Made by a program: the position numbers and the translations under genes. A model generated the notes under the pieces. It was not told the origin of the DNA and made no database searches. It worked only from the letters and a program-made list of their open reading frames with translations. DNA of 64,000 bases from Bacteroidetes bacterium 47-18 (lineage in GTDB: Bacteria > Bacteroidota > Bacteroidia > Chitinophagales > Chitinophagaceae), in NCBI GenBank assembly GCA_001897155.1, contig MKSF01000006.1, positions 94,696-158,695 of the forward strand, given 5' to 3'. Below, one piece after another: positions 1-10,196 of the stretch (position 1 is the stretch's first letter; the number at the start of each line of letters is the position of its first letter).

Positions 1-2759
1 GCATCCGCAATCTCCTGTATATGACACAGGTGAAAAGCGGTCTCAATGCCGCGATGAAGCTGACCGTAGGACAGGACCTGAAAACCTTTTACGTAAGCTT
101 TATAGATTTTTACAAGCAGCATTATACACAGGAGCTGACCAGATATGATGCTATTACCTATGACGAAAAGCTGGCAGGCATACCCGCAGCCAAATCCAAC
201 GAGAGGATATCCAGGGTATTCGTATCTCCCAAAGGAAAGGACATTGCCTATATGATACACCGGGACGGGGAATATGAGGTAGTGCTGGAAAAGACCAATC
301 TCAAGGACGGGGAGCGAACACAGGGCAAGATCCTGAAATCGGGCGTCTTGAATTATGAGGATAAAGGCGACCCTGACTACCCTATTGTCGCCTGGAGCAA
401 TACCGGCTTCCGGCTGGGTATCATCTACAAGGAAAATGACAGGATACGGATACGGATCTACGATGCCAATAAGGCCCGTGTGATCAACCATATCATTCCT
501 AAGAATAAGATTGACAGGATCACCGGCTTCACCTTTATGGAAGATGATGAATTCATTGTATTCAGCGGCATCAAGAACGGTCAAAGCGATATTTATGAAT
601 ACTATATAAAGCGCTCCAGGATCAACCCGATCACGAACGATTCCTGGGATGACGCGGATCCCGTATTTGTGAGCGGCGGCTCCCGTAAAGGTATTGTTTT
701 CCTGTCCAACCGCCCGGAACCGCTGATCAATATCAAGGCGCTGCCGAATGAATTGCCGACCGGCAATATGAAAGCCTTCTTTTACAACAGCACTACGAAA
801 AGATACCAGCTGCTGGCGCTGACGGAAAATTTCGAGGGCCGTATCAAGGATGTAATTCCCTACGGCATGGATAATTTCGCGTTCCTGTCGGACATCAGCG
901 GTATCAGCAACAGGTATGTGGTCATGTTCGGAAGGAATGCGCAGAATATGGACTCAGCCTATGTGATCCCCGTAACCAATTACAATAACAGCATCCTGTT
1001 CCAGCAATATCATCCCAACGGCCAGAAGATCATAGACGTAGTGCAGGAAAAAGACACGCTGAATTATTTTTTCAGACCAGCCGAGCTACCGGCGCCCTGG
1101 GGCCACCTAACGCCTAAGGAGGTCACACCCAATACTTTCGTGGAAAACAGGCTGGACAAGGCCTACCTGCTGAAAGCATCCGGCGGCACCGGTGACGATA
1201 ACGTGGAGATGCAGCCTGTAAGGCCTGCCGCTTCAGATTTCTTTGATGACAATGATAAATTCCGCATCACTGCCGGCAATGATTTTCAGACGCCGTTCAA
1301 TACGGAAGAGCAGTATAATATAGCCAGGCAGGAACAGCAGGAAGCGGAAAAATTTGCGGAGCAGCTCAATATCAAGAACAATCCTGCTGAACAGGCAGGC
1401 AGCGCCCGCCCTACTTTCTATGACCCGGTAAGACGCGCCTATATATCCGACACCTCCGTTATCTATGTGGACAGCACCTTTATAACCATGCGGTCCAACG
1501 CCGCCCGTTCCAGCGTCAAGATAGACTACCTGGGCCTGAACCTGGACAACAGCGTCCTCTTCAACAAATACCAGAGCTATTTTCACAATATGGGCCAGTA
1601 CCCCAACCCGGGCCTTGCATTCCTGGTTGTAGGCGGCCTTTACGACCAGTTCGAGAACCACAGGTTCATAGGCGGCATAAGGATCCCGCCATCGCTGAGA
1701 GGCCTGTCCTACTTCGGGCGGTACGAGAACCTCACCAGGAGGACAGACTGGGGCTTCTCCTATTTCTCCAGCAAGAACATATCAGGATATAACTTTATCA
1801 TTAATTCCAATATGCCACTGGAAGTGCAGGGAAATTCCACCAGCCACTTCCTGCAGTTCGACTTCAGCCGTCCGCTGGACAAGGTGTCCACCATCAAGGG
1901 CAATATATCTTACCGCCAGAACCAGATGACACTGAAAGCCACAGAATTTTACAGCCTTATACTCCCTACCATAAAAGACCATTGGACCAACCTCCACCTG
2001 GAGTATATGTACGATAATACCAAAATGCCCTTGTTCAATATCTGGAACGGCCTGAGACTGAAAATATTCGGCGACCTGATGTATAAGCTCAACGACAATA
2101 ACGAGTATTACACCCTGCATGGCTACGAATACCGGAAAACATCCTATATCGCTAACCTGGGCTTTGACATCCGGTATTACAAGCCGCTGTTCCGTACCAG
2201 CATCCTGGCTATCCGCGGGTCCGGCGCCCATGCGTTCGGCTCCCAGCAGATCATCTATTACCTGGGCGGTATGGATAATGAAATGTCCCCGCAATGGTCC
2301 AGGGGGATGATGCCTACGGAATACCAGAATTACGCCTACCAGGCGCTGGTGACCAATATGAGGGGATATAACCAGAATGTGCTGAACGGCAATACCTATG
2401 CCCTGCTTAATACAGAGATACGTGTGCCGGTCGTGTCCACCATCTTCAACAGGACTACCAATTCCTCCATACTGAAAAACCTCCAGCTGGTCGGCTTCCT
2501 GGATGTAGGAAGCGCCTGGGAAGGGCTGCTCGCCTCCCGTGAGCGCAATACCAAAAGGGCCGCCTCTTTCTACTGGCCTCAAAGGCCCAATACGCCTGTT
2601 GTGACCGTACAGGTAGCCGCAGAGAACCAGGACCTGATAGCCGTAGGATACGGATTAGGTGTAAGGACCAAGCTGCTGGGATATTTCCTGAAGTTTGATG
2701 CCGCCATGAACCTGGACAGGAATTTCAAGTATCATATTTCAATAGGCACCGATTTTTAA
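1..2759 (+). CDS. Large outer-membrane protein, 5' partial (open to window start): N-terminal TolB/PD40-like beta-propeller region and C-terminal Omp85/beta-barrel-like domain ending in Phe
   Basis: 912-aa ORF with no in-frame stop back to position 1 and no signal peptide at the ORF Met. WD40/PD40-like repeats near the N-terminus (DIAYMIHRDGEYEVVL, IVAWSNTGFRLGIIYKENDRIRIRIYD). C-terminal ...HISIGTDF has an aromatic terminus typical of OM beta-barrels. Confidence 0.5.
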   Translation, partial: IRNLLYMTQVKSGLNAAMKLTVGQDLKTFYVSFIDFYKQHYTQELTRYDAITYDEKLAGIPAAKSNERISRVFVSPKGKDIAYMIHRDGEYEVVLEKTNLKDGERTQGKILKSGVLNYEDKGDPDYPIVAWSNTGFRLGIIYKENDRIRIRIYDANKARVINHIIPKNKIDRITGFTFMEDDEFIVFSGIKNGQSDIYEYYIKRSRINPITNDSWDDADPVFVSGGSRKGIVFLSNRPEPLINIKALPNELPTGNMKAFFYNSTTKRYQLLALTENFEGRIKDVIPYGMDNFAFLSDISGISNRYVVMFGRNAQNMDSAYVIPVTNYNNSILFQQYHPNGQKIIDVVQEKDTLNYFFRPAELPAPWGHLTPKEVTPNTFVENRLDKAYLLKASGGTGDDNVEMQPVRPAASDFFDDNDKFRITAGNDFQTPFNTEEQYNIARQEQQEAEKFAEQLNIKNNPAEQAGSARPTFYDPVRRAYISDTSVIYVDSTFITMRSNAARSSVKIDYLGLNLDNSVLFNKYQSYFHNMGQYPNPGLAFLVVGGLYDQFENHRFIGGIRIPPSLRGLSYFGRYENLTRRTDWGFSYFSSKNISGYNFIINSNMPLEVQGNSTSHFLQFDFSRPLDKVSTIKGNISYRQNQMTLKATEFYSLILPTIKDHWTNLHLEYMYDNTKMPLFNIWNGLRLKIFGDLMYKLNDNNEYYTLHGYEYRKTSYIANLGFDIRYYKPLFRTSILAIRGSGAHAFGSQQIIYYLGGMDNEMSPQWSRGMMPTEYQNYAYQALVTNMRGYNQNVLNGNTYALLNTEIRVPVVSTIFNRTTNSSILKNLQLVGFLDVGSAWEGLLASRERNTKRAASFYWPQRPNTPVVTVQVAAENQDLIAVGYGLGVRTKLLGYFLKFDAAMNLDRNFKYHISIGTDF

Positions 2760-2796
2760 TATTACATACAAAATATATTCAGCGTAAGCACAGACA

Positions 2797-4263
2797 ATGA
2801 CCTCATTAGACTTAAGCATACCGGAAAAGATAGATAATTACATCAACGGTTCCTGGCAGGCCCCGCAGCAGGGACAGTACCTGCCGAACATCAACCCCGC
2901 CACGGGAGAAGTGTACAACCAGATACCCAACAGCACTGCAGTGGACGTGGACGCCGCATACCAGGCCGCAGCAGCAGCCTTTGAAGACTGGAAAAAGAGC
3001 ACTCCTGAGTTCCGGTTCAGGATCCTTAATAAAATAGCGGAGATCATCGAAAATAACCTGGACATCCTGGCGCTGGCGGAGTCCAATGATAACGGGAAGC
3101 CCCTGTGGCTGAGCAAAAAAGTGGACATACCGAGAGCCGCGGAAAATTTCAGGTTCTTTGCCACGGCCTGTATGCACTTCGCATCGGAAAGCCATAGCAT
3201 GGAGGACCGGGCCGTTAATTACACATTACGGCAACCCATCGGCGTGGTGGGCTGCATTGCTCCCTGGAACCTGCCGCTGTACCTTTTTACCTGGAAAATA
3301 GCTCCAGCACTGGCTACCGGCAACTGCGTAGTAGCCAAGCCTTCCGAAGTGACCCCGATGACAGCCTACCTGCTGACCAGGATAGCCCATGAAGCCGGTC
3401 TGCCTCCCGGCGTGCTGAACATCCTCCACGGTGACGGTACCGCCTGCGGCGCGGCCATTGTAGAACATCCTTCTATAAAGGCCATATCTTTTACAGGCAG
3501 CACAAGAGCAGGCAAGCATATCGCCGGCGTAGCCGCTCCTATGTTCAAGAAAATGTCGCTGGAGCTGGGTGGTAAGAACCCCAATATCATTTTCGAAGAT
3601 TGCGATTTTGACCGCATGCTGGCCACTACCGTACAGTCCTCTTTCGCCAACCAGGGACAGATATGCCTGTGTGGCAGCAGGATACTCGTGCAGGCTTCCA
3701 TCTACGAAAAATTCAAATCCGCTTTTATAGCCAAGGTGCAGCAGCTCACGGTAGGCGATCCCCTGGACCCTGACAGCAAGCAGGGCGCCGTAGTAAGCCA
3801 GCTCCACTTTGACAAGGTAATGTCCTGCATAGAAAGGGCGAAGCAGGAAGGCGGCAGCATTCTTCACGGCGGCTACAGCATCCATCCCGAAGGCCGGTGC
3901 GGCAACGGGCTCTTTATTGCTCCTACCGTCATTGAAGGTCTCGGACCTGATACGCTGACCAATATGGAGGAAATATTCGGACCCGTGGTCACGCTGCAAA
4001 AGTTTGATACCACGGAAGAAGCCATACAACTGGCCAATACTTCGGATTACGGGCTGTCCGCCACCATCTGGACACAGGATATCAGCAAAGCCCACCGGGT
4101 AGCTGCCCGCGTCCACAGCGGTATCATCTGGATCAATACCTGGCTGCTTCGCGACCTGAGAACGCCCTTCGGCGGCTTTAAAAGCTCCGGCATGGGAAGA
4201 GAAGGCGGCTGGGAGGCTATGCGCTTCTTTACCGAGCCCAAGAATGTCTGCGTGGCGTTTTAA
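2797..4263 (+). CDS. NAD(P)-dependent aldehyde dehydrogenase family protein
   Basis: 488 aa with ALDH signature motifs: ELGGKNP and catalytic FANQGQICLCGSR. A terminator follows. Confidence 0.85.
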   Translation: MTSLDLSIPEKIDNYINGSWQAPQQGQYLPNINPATGEVYNQIPNSTAVDVDAAYQAAAAAFEDWKKSTPEFRFRILNKIAEIIENNLDILALAESNDNGKPLWLSKKVDIPRAAENFRFFATACMHFASESHSMEDRAVNYTLRQPIGVVGCIAPWNLPLYLFTWKIAPALATGNCVVAKPSEVTPMTAYLLTRIAHEAGLPPGVLNILHGDGTACGAAIVEHPSIKAISFTGSTRAGKHIAGVAAPMFKKMSLELGGKNPNIIFEDCDFDRMLATTVQSSFANQGQICLCGSRILVQASIYEKFKSAFIAKVQQLTVGDPLDPDSKQGAVVSQLHFDKVMSCIERAKQEGGSILHGGYSIHPEGRCGNGLFIAPTVIEGLGPDTLTNMEEIFGPVVTLQKFDTTEEAIQLANTSDYGLSATIWTQDISKAHRVAARVHSGIIWINTWLLRDLRTPFGGFKSSGMGREGGWEAMRFFTEPKNVCVAF

Positions 4264-4315
4264 AAATAACCTTAAAGGCATACGAATATGCCCATACCTC
4301 TTTGGAAGGTCAACA

Positions 4316-4353
4316 ATCCTGCGGCTGGCAACAACTTCCGCAGGATTTTTTTA
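4316..4353 (+). terminator. Rho-independent terminator after the aldehyde dehydrogenase gene
   Basis: ATCCTGCGG-(14 nt loop)-CCGCAGGAT stem followed by T7. Confidence 0.6.
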
Positions 4354-4416
4354 CCGGTCAAACATTAAAAGTCCGTTTGAATATCTATAATCGGTTTCAA
4401 CAAACACAAATAAACT

Positions 4417-5085
4417 ATGATACTCATCAAAAACATACTTATTGCCTTAGTGATACTTTCCTTTTGGGGATGTAAAGAAAATACCGGTACCGGCAATAAA
4501 GCCTCTGATCAACAAGAGGACACCATCCTTATAAAAAAACAAACAGAACTGACCGGTTATGCCAAATCATATTATATAAGGTCTTACAGTTATTCCTGGA
4601 TCGCAGCTAAAGATACGATAGACCTAAGGTTTAATGTTTCAGAACATATCCGGGATAGCAGCGTTTCAATTTCAGTATGGCATACCAATCCTATATCATT
4701 TACCGTTATGCTACATCAATTTACCAGGCTATTGCCAGAGATAGAGAAGGATTTCAGCGTGGCAAAAATCAGCTCTTTATACTTTAAACCGCCTATATAT
4801 TATCCCGAACTCGCCACCAGCCTTTCAAAAGAATACGAGCAAAAATTCGGCAGGAAAAATATATCCTTTCAACAGCAAAAAGAATTTCTTTTGACATCAT
4901 CCCTCAATACACAGCTTAACAAATATCTAAATCAATTCGGTAAAAAAGCGGCAAGCTATAGTATTGAAAAGTTTCACCTGGCAGAGAAAGAACACTATAG
5001 TTTACCTGATACAACAGATTTGACAAATTATCCGGAATTTTCAATTCACGGGCACGGCATAAGTGTGCTCCTGACCACGCTTTAA
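4417..5085 (+). CDS. Hypothetical lipoprotein (AT-rich gene)
   Basis: Signal peptide with lipobox-like LSFWGC. No recognisable domain. Low GC relative to flanks. Confidence 0.45.
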   Translation: MILIKNILIALVILSFWGCKENTGTGNKASDQQEDTILIKKQTELTGYAKSYYIRSYSYSWIAAKDTIDLRFNVSEHIRDSSVSISVWHTNPISFTVMLHQFTRLLPEIEKDFSVAKISSLYFKPPIYYPELATSLSKEYEQKFGRKNISFQQQKEFLLTSSLNTQLNKYLNQFGKKAASYSIEKFHLAEKEHYSLPDTTDLTNYPEFSIHGHGISVLLTTL

Positions 5086-5478
5086 AAACTGCCTTACAGC
5101 AGGAGATACATTATTACTGCAACAAAAGAAAGGAGTTAAGAGCTAACTGAAGGCTTCGTTTGCTGTCAAAATCCCCGGTTGGTAAAGAACATCAACAAAG
5201 GACTATCAAATAAATACTAAAACAGCTTCCAGTCAATTAAAAGAGAAGGTGGAATGTTCCAAAAACACATTTTGCTCCCGGACAGGAATGATAGGATATA
5301 TATAACATATACCAGTCAGGAAACACATTTAAAACGCTGACTTACATAATAATAAAGTATGACTGCCGTTAATAAGCTATGTGGCAGACGTCGTTAAGGC
5401 CAGGTTCAATTATGGCGCTTCTGTTTCCGCCGGCCCGAGCAAGCACCTTTATTATCAATCATTTTAATTTAAAGCAGT

Positions 5479-6177
5479 ATGAAATTCAGAATAATTATGG
5501 TCCTGTCAGTTTTGAGCTATGTGCAGTCATCAGCACAAAAGAACACCATAGAAGCCGGGGTGGGAGGATATAAATTTTCAAGCGTAATAATGCAGCAAAA
5601 TGCTATTTTTAATGCCTTTAGTGTTAGCTATTCAAGAAAGATCGAAGAAAGATTTCACCTGCATACACAATATACAAGAGCGCCTTTGAGCGGTTCATTA
5701 TCAGCAGTCAGGAACCTATCAATGTCCAGGCAATCCGTAGGAAAACTAACAACCCATTATGAGTTTAATTATTTTGACATAGGAGGGAAATATCAATTAT
5801 ATAAAATTAAAAGCCATGATTTTTCAATAACAGGGGCTTTATCCTTAGCTCATGGCAGGAATGAATATCTTACTCACGTTGTCTGGTCAGAGCCTGAGCC
5901 CGGTGAACCATACGGTCATCCTTTTCACGCAAATTACGCAACCAAAAAGGAGACCTATTTCGGGGCGCTTGCCGGATTGAGATATGATTACAGATTCTGG
6001 AACAACAGGATTAATATTGGTCTTTATCTTTCTGCCAGATGTTATTTTGGCAAAAAGAATGCAAAGTTAGAAAACCCCTATCCCGGCACGCAAGTTCCGG
6101 ACCCCAATATTCCCGGAGGCCGTCATAGCTTTCCTTTCCAGGGGAATCATGGCATACACATCGGATATAATTTTTAA
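5479..6177 (+). CDS. Hypothetical outer-membrane beta-barrel protein
   Basis: N-terminal signal peptide (VLSVLSYVQSSAQ). Alternating hydrophobic pattern. C-terminal ...IGYNF with terminal Phe. Confidence 0.45.
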   Translation: MKFRIIMVLSVLSYVQSSAQKNTIEAGVGGYKFSSVIMQQNAIFNAFSVSYSRKIEERFHLHTQYTRAPLSGSLSAVRNLSMSRQSVGKLTTHYEFNYFDIGGKYQLYKIKSHDFSITGALSLAHGRNEYLTHVVWSEPEPGEPYGHPFHANYATKKETYFGALAGLRYDYRFWNNRINIGLYLSARCYFGKKNAKLENPYPGTQVPDPNIPGGRHSFPFQGNHGIHIGYNF

Positions 6178-6189
6178 TTAAACACCTTA

Positions 6190-6815
6190 TGCTATACTCC
6201 GGTCGGAATGACCTTTACTATTAATGGATTAACCCCACCGCTGTCATTTCGAGCCTAATGCAATGGAGCCGGGAAATCTCTGTTATGGTGGATTGGAATA
6301 CTCATTAGACGACCGCATTAACTTTTATGCTTCCATAGGCTCTCTTTCTCCTGCCAGGCTGAACCCGTTGAAGCCATTATAAACCACATTTCGACAAGCT
6401 CAATGTGACAGTCTCCCTTATTGTCATGCTGAGCCCGTCGAAGCATATACTGCTTCCCTTACGCTGCGCTCCGGTCGGAATGACCTTTAGGATTAACCCC
6501 GCCGCTGTCATTTCGAGCGTAATGCAATGGAGCCGAGAAATCTCTGTTATGCTGGATTGGAACACTCATTAGACGACCGCATTAACTTTTATGCTTCCAT
6601 AGGCTCTCTTTCTGCTGCCAGGCTGAGCCCGTCGAAGCCTTTTGGTTAAGCAGGTCATCGACACTTTCCGTTAGGTCCACACTTCGACAAGCTCAGTGTG
6701 ACAAGCGTGTTTTCCTCCTAAGTGTCATGCTGAGCCCGTCGAAGCCTTTTGGTTAAGCAGGTCATCAACACTTTCCGTTAGGTCCACACTTCGATAAGCT
6801 CTGTGTGACAAACAA
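6190..6815. repeat. Structured repeat array A: 2 copies of a ~175-bp composite element (left arm CGCTGCGCTCCGGTCGGAATGACC ... TGTCATTTCGAGC..AATGCAATGGAGCCG.GAAATCTC) plus several ~65-bp hairpin modules (CACATTTCGACAAGCTCAATGTGACA ... TGTCATGCTGAGCCCGTCGAAGC)
   Basis: Direct sequence comparison. 6198-6395 and 6468-6650 are >90% identical. The flanking hairpin arms are mutual reverse complements. No ORF support. Confidence 0.7.
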
Positions 6816-6979
6816 TCTCGGACTGAGCCACATCAAAGCATCTTGATTAAATTGGCTGCGCTTTGGTTTGTCATAATGCAGAACTTAACTTTGTATTTCA
6901 AAAGTACCTTCTATGGTCTACACGAACCGGTAGCCGCGAGGGAAAATATTAATCCAATAAATATCCAAGCTTTTCAGAT

Positions 6980-7636
6980 ATGCATGAGCTCATCAGAATA
7001 CTTTTTTTAGTCTTATTGACTTCCTGCGCCGGCAACCAGGGGCGTACACCAGTCTTGCCAATATTTGGCGAAATAAAAGTAAATCCCGTAATCCATAACG
7101 GGAAACAAAGCATAGATACAGTGTACCACACTATTGGTCCGTTTGCTTTCCTGAACCAGTTCAATGATACGGTCGATGACAATACATTAAAGCATAAGGT
7201 ATTTATAATCAGTTGTTTTCATTCCACATTTCAGACTAAAACAGATACCTTACTGGAAGTAACGCTGGATAGTGTCCATCGTATACTGGGTAACGAGCCT
7301 GATTTCTATATTATTTCCCAAACCATCGACCCGGCATTTGATACTCCTGACATCTTACGTAAGTATTGTGAAAATAAAAACATCACAGGGAAAAACCGGT
7401 ACTATCTGACAGGACAAAGCGCTGACAGTATTTACAGGTTTTTAAGGTATAAGTATTTCCTCCTTGCAGAACGGGATACTACCAATATGGAAAACGGCGG
7501 GTTCATTCATTCCGATAAAATAGTGCTCATTGACAGGCAACAAAGGATCAGGGGTTATTATGACGGTACAGATATAAAGCATGTAGGCCAGCTCATCAAC
7601 GATGCAAAGACCTTACTGCAGGGGGATACTTTATAA
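6980..7636 (+). CDS. Hypothetical lipoprotein
   Basis: Signal peptide plus lipobox (LLTSCAGN). Sandwiched between repeat arrays A and B. AT-rich. Confidence 0.45.
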   Translation: MHELIRILFLVLLTSCAGNQGRTPVLPIFGEIKVNPVIHNGKQSIDTVYHTIGPFAFLNQFNDTVDDNTLKHKVFIISCFHSTFQTKTDTLLEVTLDSVHRILGNEPDFYIISQTIDPAFDTPDILRKYCENKNITGKNRYYLTGQSADSIYRFLRYKYFLLAERDTTNMENGGFIHSDKIVLIDRQQRIRGYYDGTDIKHVGQLINDAKTLLQGDTL

Positions 7637-7719
7637 TATTCAAATCTACCCACAATACATGCTACGGCTGCCACCAAAAGCTGATAAAGCATACTTACAC
7701 AACACGGCCACTTCTCGCT

Positions 7720-7912
7720 GCCCGGCTGAGCCTGCCGGGATTATTAAAGATCACACTTCGACAAGCTCTGTGTGACAAACAACCCTGGCGTCAGGCTAAG
7801 CCTGTCGAAGCCTTTTGGTCAGGCAGGTTATTGAAACTTTACAACAGGTCCACACTTCCAACACGCTCTGTGTGACTAACAACCCTGGTGTCAGGCTGAG
7901 CCTGTCGAAGCC
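7720..7912. repeat. Structured repeat array B: two ~65-bp hairpin modules (CACACTTCGACAAGCTCTGTGTGACAAACAACCCTGG.GTCAGGCTGAGCCTGTCGAAGCC)
   Basis: Two near-identical copies with palindromic arms. Same module family as arrays A and C. Confidence 0.6.
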
Positions 7913-8102
7913 CTTATACCGCTGATGGAGCAATGCAGACATCCATCCCCCTGGCAATACACATTTCTTTGTCTGCATAAGCCGTTAAAATTTCCCTTTT
8001 TCATCTAATTTTGGTGCAAAACTGAAGTTGTGGCTTTCTTATCCATCACTATCTAAAAGTCGCAAACCGTTAGCAGCAATACTTCTCAAAAGCACGATCT
8101 AA

Positions 8103-9203
8103 ATGGAAGACAATTTAAAGTCGTTTGAAAAACAAATAAAGAAAACTCACAAATTTGGATTCACTCCAAAATATGAAGCTAAATTCCACACGCATCTTAC
8201 CGAAAAGGCTTTTATTCCAATTGCCCAACAGGCTTTTGAAAAATTAAACTGGGAAATAGTATATATTGACGAAACTAAAGTTGAAGCTAAACGAGGTACG
8301 GAAAACTGGGGGTTTCCCGGTTATACATATACCGAACTTATACAAGTAACATTTGAATATGGAAACGTTAAGGTATATAGCGAATCTATAAAAAGCTCCT
8401 TTTGGGATAATGGAATGAATTCTAAAAGAGTGCAGCTTTTTATCTTGGTATTTCAGCAAATTGAAAGCTCTTACGACAACGATTCTATAAAAAAATTAGA
8501 GATCGAGCAGGAGAAAAAAAACAACTGGGATAATTATGAAATTCCGGCAGCATTGCCCTTACCTGAAAAAGTAAGAAAACCTTTGTTTTTTATTCCAATT
8601 TTGGGAATGACTATATTGTCAATTGTATTAGGACTTATTCTGGCTAAAATTTCTATTCACGGGAAATACGTAATTTTTCTTTTTGAAATTTTAGTTGCTA
8701 TAATCTTAACCTTTGTACTTAAATATTTAATTAAGCTCTCTAATTATACTAATTTCAATAATCTGTTTTACCTGCTGCTTGCATCAATATTTGTTACCTA
8801 TTTTTCCAGTCAATATATACAATATGAACTCATTTTAAGAGAAAATGATTTGGATAGAATAGGCTTTGCCGCATATTTAAAAATCAGGCTAGAATATGGG
8901 TTAACAATAAAAACCTTAAAAACAGGCTGGATCGGGCTGATTATCAGTTGGATATTGCAACTGGGGTTCACTTCCCTTATTGGATATATAAGATTAGCAA
9001 GAATTACAATTGTATACCAGATCAAGCGGGTGCCACCGGAGGTGTCCGACTTTGCCTATTATCATTTTCTGAAAGGGAAAGATGAGTATGAGGTTAGAAA
9101 TCAATTGGCAAAATTCGGCTGGATAGAAGAACAACACCAAAACGAGGTTTTTGAATCATTAGGAGCCCACCAGGATGCCGTTGAAATGAATCGCTCAGCA
9201 TAA
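8103..9203 (+). CDS. Hypothetical integral membrane protein (very AT-rich gene)
   Basis: 366 aa. Soluble N-terminal ~160 aa, then multiple hydrophobic helices (FFIPILGMTILSIVLGLILA, VIFLFEILVAIILTFVL, ...). No recognisable family. Confidence 0.45.
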   Translation: MEDNLKSFEKQIKKTHKFGFTPKYEAKFHTHLTEKAFIPIAQQAFEKLNWEIVYIDETKVEAKRGTENWGFPGYTYTELIQVTFEYGNVKVYSESIKSSFWDNGMNSKRVQLFILVFQQIESSYDNDSIKKLEIEQEKKNNWDNYEIPAALPLPEKVRKPLFFIPILGMTILSIVLGLILAKISIHGKYVIFLFEILVAIILTFVLKYLIKLSNYTNFNNLFYLLLASIFVTYFSSQYIQYELILRENDLDRIGFAAYLKIRLEYGLTIKTLKTGWIGLIISWILQLGFTSLIGYIRLARITIVYQIKRVPPEVSDFAYYHFLKGKDEYEVRNQLAKFGWIEEQHQNEVFESLGAHQDAVEMNRSA

Positions 9204-9360
9204 TTCTGATAATCAGGCTGTCGCTATTGATGTCCTGCGCTCTCCCTGCCAGTTATCCTTAACTATCCAATATTTTATACACCGTCTTTTTTCCCTAATT
9301 TAGCGGATCGACACCCTGTAACAGGGGTATATATTTATATCAGCCATAAAAAACATTTCC

Positions 9361-10191
9361 GTGCTATCATTATTTGACAACCAGCAATATGCTTCCAATA
9401 ATTTCTTACTGCTTGCAGGCCCCTGCGTCATTGAGAACGAATCCATAGTCATGGAAACAGCGGAACAACTGGCAGCTATTACAAGAAAGCTGGAAATTCC
9501 CTTTGTATTCAAGGCATCCTACCGCAAAGCCAACAGGACCCGGCTGGACAGCTTCACCGGCATCGGTGACCGGGAAGGCCTGGAATTACTGAAAAAAGTA
9601 AGAGATACTTTTAATATACCCGTGGTGACCGACATCCACGACGCCCATGAAGCTGCATTCGCGGCTCCCTATGTGGATGTATTACAGATCCCCGCCTTTT
9701 TGTGCCGCCAGACCGACATCCTTGTAGCAGCCGCACAGACCGGCAGGTATGTGAATATCAAGAAAGGACAGTTCCTGTCGCCGGAGTCTATGCAGTTCTG
9801 CGTGGACAAAGTGGTACAGAGCGGTAATAATAAGGTGATGCTTACAGACCGGGGCACTTTTTTCGGCTACCAGGACCTGGTAGTGGATTACAGGAGCATT
9901 CCTACCTTCCGGAATATGGGCGTGCCCGCAGTCATGGATTGTACCCATTCTCTCCAGCAGCCCAACCAGGCAGCCGGTGTTACCGGTGGTAACCCGCAGA
10001 TGATAGCCACCATAGCCCGTGCAGCCATAGCGGTAGGTGCAGACGGTCTTTTTATAGAGACACACCCCGACCCTAAAAATGCCAAGTCAGACGGCGCGAA
10101 TATGCTGCCGCTGCAACAGATAGAGACCTTATTGTCACAGTTAACGGCATTAAGGCAAACGGTGAACCTGATTGACTCAAATAATAAGTAA
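9361..10191 (+). CDS. kdsA: 3-deoxy-8-phosphooctulonate (KDO-8-P) synthase
   Basis: LLLAGPCVIENE..IPFVFKASYRKANRT.. and overall DAHP/KDO8P-synthase-like sequence. 276 aa. Confidence 0.85.
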   Translation: MLSLFDNQQYASNNFLLLAGPCVIENESIVMETAEQLAAITRKLEIPFVFKASYRKANRTRLDSFTGIGDREGLELLKKVRDTFNIPVVTDIHDAHEAAFAAPYVDVLQIPAFLCRQTDILVAAAQTGRYVNIKKGQFLSPESMQFCVDKVVQSGNNKVMLTDRGTFFGYQDLVVDYRSIPTFRNMGVPAVMDCTHSLQQPNQAAGVTGGNPQMIATIARAAIAVGADGLFIETHPDPKNAKSDGANMLPLQQIETLLSQLTALRQTVNLIDSNNK

Positions 10192-10196
10192 GGCTC

